Shown one piece after another: positions 1 through 10,882 of a DNA stretch of 64,000 nucleotides (positions are counted from its first letter, which is position 1; each line of letters opens with the position of its first letter). The stretch covers positions 30,272,628 through 30,336,627 of the forward strand of contig OZ037767.1 of the NCBI GenBank assembly GCA_964035545.1. The letters run 5' to 3'. The position numbers and the translations under genes are program-made. The stretch comes from Bugula neritina. Its lineage: Eukaryota; Animalia; Bryozoa. Under the pieces are notes generated by a model. It searched no databases. It was not told the origin of the DNA and saw only the letters and a program-made list of their open reading frames with translations.

Positions 1-62
1 TTGCATCATGCCAGATATTAGTGATTTAGATTTAACCTAAAAAAACAGACAAATGATTCCAC

Positions 63-1822
63 CTTTATATGAACAATAAAATCAGGCTTTAGATTAAAAT
101 TCTTTATGTGTTCTAATTGGTCTTTGATAGTCATATAGTCCTCATTTAGCGAAGGAAGTCCATCTAGTACATAGCCATGGTGGGCAACCTAGATAACAAA
201 AGTAAAAACACAATAAAGTAGGAATTCAAAGATATTTTATATTTATCATAGTTGCCGAAGAATATATTGCACATGAGCAGGTTATTTTAGTTTTGCAATA
301 AATCAAATACCAAACGACAACAAAGAAACATGTATATAGGAAAGTCAACACACTTCCGGAGAGTTGATTTTGTCTTCAATCATTTTGGCCACCATTTCCT
401 CTGGCACAGCTTCCCCTCTGTGCAGCATTTCTCTGCACTTGTTTCCAATATCTGTGCCCATTTCCATGTTTTGCAATACTAGCTCAGTGGCTACAAAATT
501 GCAGAAAATAAAATAATACATACAATTGTCACAATCACAATACAAGAAACAAGAATATCCAAAACATTGATACAGCTTGTTAAGTTAGATACTTTGGACT
601 CGGTCAATGTTATAAAAGCAACTCATTGACTTCAATAAATCAAACATGCTTACGATTCACAAGCTCGCAATGCCAGTTTTGTGAAATCTTTCTGGCAATT
701 GCTGTTTTCCCAGATCCAGGCTTTCCAAGCACCAGAAAACATGTTGGATTAGACAATAAAAACTTGAGCTCAGTCTGCAAATATATACACGGCAAATAGC
801 AGTGAGGAACACAAAAAAACTAAAACAATTAAAAATGATAATTATGCAATAAAATTTAGTAATGACATTGACAATGCTCATGAGACAGAACATGACAGAA
901 TTATACACTCACTATATCATCATCATAACAATCAGTCTTCTCTGATTGTTTTAGCAAAGTTTCTAGATCCATTGAATGACTGACAAGATCTTTACCCTGT
1001 CCAAACAGCAGGGGTTTATTTCCTGGTTCTGCGGTCTAAAATGAATTTAAAATAAAAGAGAAATATGAGCTGCTTTGATCCAATACACCTTAAGCTTTTA
1101 CACAACAGCTTTAGTACAAAAAGCTTAAAGAACTTCTTAACTTGAATTTAGCATTTAATTACAATTTGAAAGCTTACTTTAAAACAAAAAATTTCCACAT
1201 TGCTGTGTTTGGTATAAATGAAACTGCATAAAAATTATGTTATTCTTATTTTAGTACAAAAGAAAAATCTACTTGAAATAGTTTATTTTACAATTTCTTA
1301 TTAATAAATGTAAAATATTACAACAAAAAATCGTTTTCAAGTTGAAAATACTAGAAGCTGAACACTAATAACCAGCACTCAACACCACATATTATTTATT
1401 TCAATTTCAATTTGTCCAACAACTAACAATTTTTTTTAGTTGCTAATTATATTAACTATAAGTATAAGCTAGTCAATAATATTAATAGTAATAGTTAATA
1501 CTATGAAAAATATCATAAAAATATTAATAATAGTTTGATTGTGAATCAAGTATTTGGTGTCCTTTTAATTGCTAAAACTAAAAATAAAACTAAAATAAAA
1601 GTTATTTTCATATTTATAGTCAAGTTATACAGTTGGAGTTATACTAATACTTGTAGTGAAATTGAAAGAGTCACATTCACAATCACAATGATTCACTGTG
1701 ACAATCACAATGACAATTACAATCAACTTCAAAACTCCACAGGAAATCTGACAGTTGGTCTTTCATTCAACAATTATCTTTACATATAAACGCGTGTTTA
1801 GTTAAACAAAACTTACTTCCAT
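63..1822 (-). CDS. AK9: Adenylate kinase 9, 5' part (gene continues left of the window). Coding exons 1817-1822, 913-1035, 654-774, 354-490, 63-188
   Basis: The spliced translation METAEPG...TELKFLLSNPTCFLVLGKPGSGKTAIARKISQNWHCELVNPTELVLQ...GEAVPEEMVAKMIEDKINSPEVAHHGYVLDGLPSLNEDYMTIKDQLEHIKNFNLKPDFIVHIK has a P-loop GKPGSGKT. It matches the recalled AK9 N-terminal AK domain (human FLLSKPVCFVVFGKPGVGKT...NSPEVCHFGY...NLKPDVIINIK). Introns are GT-AG and phase-consistent. The 6-nt first coding exon is the least certain part. Confidence 0.9.
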
Positions 1823-1930
1823 TTGAACCTAAACTAAGTAAACTTCTACAGACATTTAAACATTTGTCCTCAGTTTATTGACCACCTATTCTGGAGGGTC
1901 TAAAATCGTGTCTAAATCTTGTACTAGTAC

Positions 1931-1961
1931 GTTTCTTAGCAACAACGTATTCCGCATGCGC
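1931..1961. promoter_or_regulatory. Bidirectional promoter core of AK9/SWSAP1 with an RFX X-box-like site (GTTTCTTAGCAAC, 1931-1943) and an NRF1-like site (CCGCATGCGC, 1952-1961)
   Basis: Both motifs lie in the ~310 bp between divergent ATGs (1822 and 2131). AK9 is a motile-cilia gene, and RFX regulates such genes. Motif match only. Confidence 0.55.
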
Positions 1962-2130
1962 TAAAAATAATCTCATAGTTATTAAGAAAAGATTTAAAAA
2001 GTATTGAAACACTGATTGTTTTAAAAAAATTATTTTAAAAATTACAACAAATTAAAATTAAAAAAATTTAAACTGTTTTCTAAATTCTTAAATTCAAAGT
2101 CTTTTTGAGTGAGAGCGGCTATAAACAAAC

Positions 2131-4591
2131 ATGTCTGCTCCCATGCAATGTGTTTTTCCGTTGACCCACCAAGAATATTTCCTATTTGAGAATGAATTCA
2201 AGTTCATTGATCAGCATCTTTTACAGAATAATAAAGTTTTGTTTTCAGGAAAATTTCAAAAGTAAGTTGACTGTAAATTTACTTTGACACGTTTTAAAAT
2301 TATCTTATTTTTGATTGAATTTCAACTTCTAGTTCTACTTAAACTTAAAGTTATTGTTAATGTTAAAGTTTAAGTTAAACTTAAACTACACATTGACATT
2401 GAGAGTGAGACTGAGTTTTAACTTGAAGAACACTGGAACTCAAATTGACATCACCGTTGAATTTGATGTTAATTTAGGTTTAACAGTAACCCAACTTGAA
2501 GTTCAACTTGATAAACAATTTTTGGTTAATAATATTAATAGTTATACTTATAGTACAGGTACTAGTACTAAGTCTAATGCTAATACCAATAGTAATACTA
2601 TAGTAATAGTAAAAGTAATAGTAATACTAATACCAATAATTGGTAACCAAGTTGAAGTTTAACCTGAGCCTAGAACTATGATGTTTAAAAGACCATGTTG
2701 ATATTCATATATACTAAGTAGTAAATTACTTATAGTTTGCTATTATCATGTTTAAAACAAGGCAACTGTTGAAATTTTATGTAAACTTAACAGCTAGACA
2801 TATATCTTATAGTGAATTACTTATACTTATAGTTATAGCTTCCCTTAAGGCTTAGACACGAAAAATGATAAAAAAAACTTTGATGAATGTAGTTGAAGTA
2901 AATATAATTAAATTTAACTTTTCAAGTCACTGTTTTAAATTACCTGTGGTTTAGTTTAGTCACTTCACTGCTCCAACAAGCTGCAGTGAGTTATTCTGCT
3001 CAAGGGAAACATGTTGTATACATTCGACCAGAGCCTCTCTCGAGTCTTCCAACACCAGTGCATGGCATGTATCAGATGAATTACGCTACAGTACAAAATA
3101 TAAAATATTTGTAAGTTAGTAAGTGCGTATCTTTTGTTGGCCTATTTCAGTTTAGCAGTTTGAGTTATTGAGAATTTTGTCAATGTTGTATTACGTATAG
3201 TGGTATCACAATAAAGAAATGTTTGTTTTATAAAATTATAACTAAAATTCAACATCAGATTTTTATTTTCCAAAATAGCAATTCTCAGTAAAGAATACAG
3301 CTACTATTAATAACGTGGCATTGTGATGACATATAGGAATGCAGAAATTCTTATAGTGTTTTATGTTATACAGGTATATGTCCACATCTAAAGAGCTGAT
3401 AGCATACCTGTGTTCTATCAACAATGCCATGCTGATGGTACCCAAGGCTATTATTATAGAAGGTTTTGATGAGTATGTGAGTCAGCTACAGGTAATTATA
3501 CTAGCAGGGGAGATAACTCATTTTATATACTGCGTATCTGTAATATATTCAACATGTAGTTTTGTAGCATCTATAATGTGTTGGCATATTTATCTATATA
3601 GCTTATTCATGAAAGCCTAAACTTTATCTTTGAATAAAATTTTGACTTATATAGGATTTTAAATGGGCAAGTGCTGTGTTTGCATATTCAGTTATGATTA
3701 TCACTAAGGTATGTAGTCATATTGCTGTAAACTAATTGTTTCTATACTTTACAGTCATAATATTACCCATGTCCAATTCTTTGTTCAATAAACCCAATTT
3801 TCGCAGCTTTTTGGCCCAAACATCAAAAGTATTTATTGTATTTTTTTGTTTTAGTTTGGGTCAGAAATTTCTATAGCCAAGATGTGTTCTCTTTTACTCA
3901 ACACTTTGAATTATTTGCATCAGAGGTAAGTAATGGCGTAAGCAACCCAAGACATGACCAGACGTAACATAAGCAGACGTAACATAAGCAGACCAAGACA
4001 TAAGATTACTCATCCAACTGGTTTGTAGGTTAGAAGAAACAGTTCCTGTCCTATTGTCAGTAGTTGATACTCTCTCTCCACATCTCTATGTCTACAGCCG
4101 TTACTGCCAAGTCTTCTCTCTGCAACAGTCTCATAGTACAGGTAGTTATAAACTAAATATACTATTGTGATATAGTTGTAATGTTGTAACATATAAACTA
4201 CTTTCCCAGCCCTGACTTCTAGTAGTGTGAATATCTAATACAATTTGATTTTATTGCTTTCCTATGCTTAACCCTAGTTTTAAAATAGTATCAAGTTTTG
4301 CCAACAGTGTAAATTATGACATTTGAATTGCATAAAAGCCTAATAATTATGTAATTGCATACAAAATGAACAAAATTAGATTTGTAATTTTGTTTACAAT
4401 TAGACTACTATATAAAATATCATGTTATCTATTGTTTTTTAGAAAATGGTTCTGAAACTCATTTTATTCTCTATGAATTATCAAATGAAGAGCCAACATC
4501 TTCAACTTGTCAGCTTTCTCTCACTCAAAGTCATGACAATATCAAATTGACCAAACTAGAACTGGTGAATCGATCTACACCAATTTTATAG
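2131..4591 (+). CDS. SWSAP1: SWSAP1-like RAD51-paralog (Shu complex) protein, 245 aa. Exons 2131-2261, 2955-3110, 3374-3491, 3855-3925, 4029-4141, 4443-4591
   Basis: Six phase-consistent GT-AG exons give ...KVLFSGKFQNLVTSLLQQAAVSYSAQGKHVVYIRPEPLSSLP...VQNIKYLYMSTSKELIAYLCSINNAMLMVPKAIIIEGFDEYVSQLQ...IAKMCSLLLNTLNYLHQR. This is colinear with recalled human SWSAP1 (GKTALLFAAA...VLFLTRRPLQSMP...KIRFQYPPSTRELFRLLCS...LLLLDGLEEYL...LIALLLDTAAHF). Confidence 0.8.
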
Positions 4592-5399
4592 ATCTTACTG
4601 CTTTTCATTTTTAATTTAATTTATTTTTTATCATTGCTTTTCACTTTGTGACCTAATGCTTTTACTAAAAATTACTGCAAACTATATGTTATGTAAATAA
4701 ATATATGCTATTATCATATCGTGCACCACCAGGTTAATTCTGAATATTATATATTCTATAGTAATTGGGAGGGTAACTCTTCATGTCTCACAAGAGACCA
4801 TTGGAATTGCATTATAATTATTTGGATCTAGATACTTGTAAATTTTGATAAGATTATTGATTTTTAAAAGTAATAGCTATGAGTGGGTCGTAGTGTAGGC
4901 AGCAAAGCTATTGAACAGTAGAATAGTAATTTGGAGCTCACAAACTTGCTCGAACTTCGATGTACTTTCTGGACCAAATCCCCTAGGGTAATCTAAATAG
5001 CGCTTTGTGAGAGGACAACTATTAGCAATACTGAATTTTAAATCGGTGAATCCATTTAATATTTTTATCTATGACTAGACTGAGCACTAGAGAAATAGTC
5101 GGTTTGTAATATCCCCCTCCCCGAAATAAATTTGTGCAAGTTTTTGTTTTCTGAACTGTGACTCAAAAAAGTGAAAACATGGTGCTTCTGTTAATAAAAG
5201 TAAATAAATTAAAGTTATGTAAATATTAAATTAAAGTTATGTTTATAAGTTATAGTTAAAGCCTTGCAGAGCTAAATAATTAGCGTTTCAAAGCTAAAAT
5301 AAACTTCAAATTGAATGAACTGCTGTTCTGAAGTACGCTCCAGGGCATCACATTTAATGATTTATACATTAACATTTAACATTTGTATTTTTATTTTAT

Positions 5400-6090
5400 C
5401 AGTTACAACCAGTATCACTATCAGTATCGTATGGGTATCACTATCACTATGATAGTGACTATGAGTATGACTATCATTTAGTTTTACAATCACTATCAGT
5501 CAGTTACTTAGTATCAGTATGAATATCACCATCATTCATGCTGATTCTATCACTACTATCACTATCAGTATCACAATGACTAATGCCAGTAAATAATGGC
5601 TAACGAGTATCAGTATGAGTATGACATTGACTGGTGAATGGCATGGACAATGCTGAAAGTGAATGCAGATGCTCAAGCCCAAGGACATTTTCATATTGAT
5701 TGAACCACTGAACTCAAAATATCTTCTCCAGTTCAATGGATTGGGCTTAGCAAATGTAATGCTAATATTATTAATAGTAATACTAATACTAATAGTATCA
5801 CCTGTACTAATAGTAATAGTAATACTAAGTCTAATACTAACAATAGTTATAGTAATTGTTATACTATAACTAATAGTAATAGTAATAGAAAATAATTATG
5901 CTTTAACAATAACTTATATAACTGTTTTACTTACTTTTACTTTTAGTTTTAGTCTTATAGTTATAGTAATACTAGTAGTAGTAAACATTCACATAGTTAT
6001 AGTAATATAATTACTGATACTGGTGGGAATAACTATACTTGTGTTTATGCTTATAGTTGTACTAATAATTTATAACTATAAGTTATAAAT
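5400..6090. repeat. Degenerate (ANT)n low-complexity tracts (ATCACT/AGTAAT-type) flanking a unique ~130 bp core
   Basis: Seen directly, e.g. AGTAATACTAATACTAATAGTATC and ATCACTATCAGTATC. These tracts produce the spurious I/V/L-rich ORFs in the track. Confidence 0.7.
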
Positions 6091-7179
6091 CACAGAGTTG
6101 AATGAAAATAATCAATGGGCAATCACAATGACAACACAAATATGAAATAATACTATCAATATGTGACCTGGCACCACAAAACAAGGGATGTAGACAAAAT
6201 GTTGAAAATCTAGTTATTACTATGGAGTGATAGAGCAGACTTTCTCGAACATTTTGCACTTTATTTGAAGTCTCTAGCATAAATAGAACTCGAGATATCA
6301 GTATTTAAAAACTTTAACGTTTTTAGAATTTCTAAATTACTGTTTCGAGAAAATCGCGTTTAAAGTTGGCAACTCTAGAATAAGTTGAGAATTATTTGTT
6401 TACAATTTACAAGCCTTAGCAACGGGTCTTTGTATAGAAGAAATAGTGACAAATTTGGTATCAAAATAATTGTGAAAGCTTGGGCTTTCTGTTAAATTAA
6501 ATTTCATGCTGCCTCAACATAAAATTAGGTCAAATATGGCTGCCAAACTTTTTGTCTAATTTATTTGTCAATTCGCTTTTTACTTTGTTTAATGGTTGAA
6601 AGGTTTAACAATTCCAGCAAAGAAGAGGATGTTTCAGCAAGTTTGTGTGTTGAGATATTTAAATTAGGCATCCAAGTCAGCAGGAAGTAATATAAAACAA
6701 AATGGCTGCTGCTTCCTCTTATACATTGAATATCTCCCTTTCCTCTAATATATTGTGTAATATATCAAACTGCAGCTATTGAGCTGTGCTGTTTCATAAT
6801 TATTGCTTAATGAATGGAACACTTATAAGAAAATTATTTGACTATTATGAGATCATGCAAGGTTCATTTATAAATATCTTTATAATCTCTAACAGCAACT
6901 AAATTTAGCAATTGATTTGGCTGAGATGTTCATGTTGAAAATATAAACATAAAATCAGCTATTTGAACTTTTGAGTTTTATTAAGCAATAATATTCACAT
7001 TTAAAACATCAAATACATTATTTTAAAAAACCAATTAGATGCAGTAAAAAATCCAGCCTGGATACAACCATTATGCTTGAATTAACTCTTATCAAGAAAA
7101 GAAAATTAGGTAGCTTCTACGGTTGTTGCAAAGAAGGCACTTATCATCTTTCTACTTCCTAGGTCTTCATAACATGAGT

Positions 7180-7610
7180 TTACGGAGTATGGACACATAA
7201 CATCATGTATGTGGCAAAACCTTCATCACTATCATCAGCTGATTTTCTAGCAATTATAGATGCTGCTACTTGACATCCATCCTGCCAATCTACCCACTTA
7301 TTGTCTATTCCAGAGCTGAAAGTACAATGTTGACTTTTTTTAAATAACAAAAGGAAACGGTAGCTTGATTAGAAAATATACCCAGTTATATTATAAAAAT
7401 TTAGTTGGCTAAACACTTTTGTGGTACTATTATGGCAGCAGCTAATTGTGATCCTGCATTTCATCAACGTTTAAATTTATTGAATTAAACAGAACAATTT
7501 AAATTAAAAAAATTCTTGATAATTTTAAAGCACATCATTAAAAGACTGCAAACCTTTTTATGAATGAAATAAGCAGAAGCCATAACCTTGCAAGCCAAAA
7601 TCCGGAGTGT
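7180..7610 (-). CDS. Possible small spliced ORF of unknown function (candidate exons 7554-7610 and 7180-7316; 5' end unresolved)
   Basis: An AG/GT-bounded, phase-compatible pair gives HSGFWLARLWLLLISFIKSSGIDNKWVDWQDGCQVAASIIARKSADDSDEGFATYMMLCVHTP*. No family recognised and no convincing start codon. Confidence 0.2.
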
Positions 7611-9639
7611 CTACATTAGAAGTATTAGATTGAAAGGTAGTAGAGTTGTGTAGGTATAAGTCTTCACTCTAATGCCCTCACAAGCCCACTTTCTAAAATG
7701 TACAGAATATCGGATTATTCTATATTAACATAGTATCATCAGTAAAATTACACATTATGCACTTGAATATCTAGCATATCTGCAATTGGCAATTTTGAAG
7801 CAATGTCTTTAGATAACTATTAACCACTCAGGCATTTAATAGAGTAAAAAAGCTAGCTAAGTGCAACTGAATCTATTAAAAACATTTACTATAAAATCAA
7901 TTTGAATTCAATAAATTACTTTAAAATATGAATAAATATTTGCTCATCTTATAATAAAATTAAAAAGTTTAGACTATTTATGCATTCAGTTAGTGCTACT
8001 ACTCACTAAATAAGACTAAAAGTAACTCACTGGAAAACCAAGTCAGTCAACTATAGAATCATCATGAACTCGCATTAATATTTCATCATTATACTCGTTT
8101 ACATTTAGTTACATTTATCATTTCAATTTGGTTATAGGTGATGCTTTTATCAATATGAATATGATTATCAATTGAGTTTTGACAGTAACACTACCTGTAA
8201 GCCTGCCTAATGTGATAAAGATTTTATCATTATATTTTAAATCAAACTTTGAGCTAATTTAAAAATCACAAAAGGAACCGGCAGTTTGACTAGTATTAGT
8301 AGGCCTAATATTAATACTGATAGTAATAGTAATCAGTAACTGTATTGACAAAATCTAAAACAGAGGCTAAAAGTTACTAAGAGTAAGAGTAAGTCTAATG
8401 TAAATTGAAATATTAACTATAGAATAAATCAATAAATATAATACTATCAGTATGAGTATCAAGTTTTAAGAGCAAAGGCGAAACTCAGAGTCAGACTCAA
8501 ATACTAATACAGTAATACTAATAGTAATAGTGAATTTATAATTATTAATTACTTATAGTTATACTATAAGTTATAGTAATACTAATAGTAATACTAATAG
8601 TTATACTATTAGTATTAGTATTAGTATTACTATTAGTATTATTATTAAAAATTTAATGAGCTACATTTGGTTTTACTACCAAATACCAGTATCAGTAAAA
8701 CACGAATAATATTCATTATGATTATCATTATAAGTAACCGTACCTCAAACTGTGAGTCATAGTGAGAGTCATTTAAATAGTTACTAGTACTACTAGTACA
8801 GTAGTAGTAGTAGTAATATAGAATAGAATAGACTAACTCCAAGACATACTCCTAGTGATAGTATAAATATTATTATTAATAAATTGATAACTACAAATAA
8901 TCCTGGCAGCAATTCTAAGTTAGTAGCGTAAATGATTGTTTTGAGTATAATTACCTGTATTGTTGTGGTTTTCAAGCTTGAACGCTAAAGATAAAGATTA
9001 AGTTTAGCATTTATCACTAAAGGGCAAAACAGCTCAGTAACTTAAAAGCTAACTTTGGATGGAACGCGATGAAAAACTAAAACTAGCCTTCGATTTTAAA
9101 TATGATGCTTCTGACAATACGAAGAAAGAGGTGTAAGCTAAATTTATTTGATAAAAAATAAATTTGGAAGATCTCACGCTATGAAAATGACTAAAATTGT
9201 CTTCTTTCTTTAATTGATAACTTCGCAATTTTTTCATCATTTAAAAAATTGAAAGCCTTAGTTACCAACTTTAAATGCAATTTTAGAGCTGAAGGAATCA
9301 TCAAATGCTTACGAAAGTATGATTTTTGAAATCCTTGAATTTATTTGTATTAGAAAAGTCCAAAACCTAAAAATTGAAAACTAATTTCAAATTTAAGTAT
9401 TTCCAAATTAAACCTTCATTTACTACACTTTATAAACACCGCCACATCCCCGGTTTTGTCGCGACTGGTCACATATGTTCACTCTGTAAGTCTAATCAAT
9501 AACCTAAAAAGTTAGTCTAGTGTCATGAGATCCCTTTCTTACACGTTGGTGTTCACTCTCACTAAATATTGCCCTAACTTAAAAATGTCTATAATCAAAA
9601 TGATCTTTACAGATTCAGTGAGCAGTCAACATCAGTTGC

Positions 9640-10150
9640 ATGGCGGATGATTCAAGTCTCCAATTATTGCCTGTTCACAGATTTACTCATCAGATCAAGA
9701 ATCAGTCAGTAGCCTTTCAAGTTATTCAACTTGAAAAAAGTTTTTTTCTTTGGGTAAGTTTTATCATCATAAACATGTAAATCTTTTGTTTCTCTTTTGA
9801 GTATTTAAACATTTTATTCTATTGAACTTGCATAAATATGTGTTTAAGCTAATTAAATAAATATAGTCAATTTGTGTATTTGACTTTTTTAGGTAGGGAC
9901 AGGTGAAGCTGCGGAGTTATCCCATCTCTGTTTGGCTGTACAAAACAGCTATCAGAAAACCCCTATTGCCAGCACATTATTTAGTAACAGCGCTAATAGC
10001 TACAGCAACGCTCTCTCCCAGAGACTAGCTAAGAAAACTGGCAAACAAGTGTTTCTTAGTTACAATATACTGGCTGATGATCCTGACCTCCACCAAGATA
10101 TTCAGCTGAAGATATTTGAGGAGCTTGCTGTTGCTCCCGAGTCTTTCTAG
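9640..10150 (+). CDS. PSMG4: Proteasome assembly chaperone 4, 123 aa. Exons 9640-9753 and 9893-10150; probable non-coding first exon ending at 9485
   Basis: MADDSSLQLLPVHRFTHQIKNQSVAFQVIQLEKSFFLW|VGTGEAAELSHLCLAVQ...PIASTLFSNSANSYSNALSQRLAKKTGKQVFLSYNI...KIFEELAVAPESF contains the PAC4 signatures FLWVG and QRLAKKTGKQVFxSYN. Confidence 0.93.
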
Positions 10151-10159
10151 AATATTAAA

Positions 10160-10477
10160 ATGTCAGCTGATAAAGGCTTAGAATCTAAAACTTCTGCCGA
10201 GACTAACAGATACGCTAACCCCCATGGACGAACATCTTGGGCACGTGCTGGAGCGACTTCTGCATTCAAAGCTATTAATCCGGAGCTCTTCATTAAGCCT
10301 AACAAGTTCACTACGGTTGTAGGTTTATTAGCTTTGTCTGGCTGTGTTGCTTTCATGGGTTATATGCACGCAATGGATGAAAACCAGAAGGATTTCCGAG
10401 AAGGCACTGCATACAAAGCCGTAGATGAAGATGGAAACTATAGCAAGGTGGTAAGCAGGAAGTCAAGGTGGGATTGA
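10160..10477 (+). CDS. SMIM8: Small integral membrane protein 8, 105 aa, intronless
   Basis: FKAINPELFIKPNK, a hydrophobic TM segment (VVGLLALSGCVAFMGYMH) and C-terminal RKSRWD match recalled SMIM8 (FRAVNPELFIKPNK...RKTSKWD). Confidence 0.92.
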   Translation: MSADKGLESKTSAETNRYANPHGRTSWARAGATSAFKAINPELFIKPNKFTTVVGLLALSGCVAFMGYMHAMDENQKDFREGTAYKAVDEDGNYSKVVSRKSRWD

Positions 10478-10882
10478 GATGTGACGGTTGAAACGTATTC
10501 ACCAGATTAATCCTGCTCATTTGCAGTGATAGTTTACCTTTAGAGTGTGTTTTGGTTTTGGCTGATGAAGGATTTTTTGATCACAAAAATCGATGTAGAA
10601 TTGTCAGCAAATGACAGCTGCTGTTTATATGAAGAACTGATTCTAGTGTTTGTAAACAGACAAGACAATGCTGGTGTATTAGTAACATTCTATGATATAA
10701 TAATACTATTTGAATTAAGAATTTCCATTCCATTATAAACACAATATAATATATATAAACTATGAAAGGAGTATTTGTTATACAAGGTACATGTACATAA
10801 AAAGCATTTTCATAACCCTATTGTTATGTAACATAATAATATGGACGATAATCTATTCACGATAAAATACATTTGAATTCAG

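Noticed and set aside
1535-2662. ORFs 1535-1789 and 2354-2662 (and 5536-5869, 8645-8975)
   Set aside because: By-products of the 3-periodic (ANT)n tracts, with no recognisable protein features.
5700-5745. SECIS element
   Set aside because: Spacing resembles the consensus, but the base before TGA is T, helix II is out of register with the GA quartet, and the upstream SWSAP1 model has no in-frame UGA.
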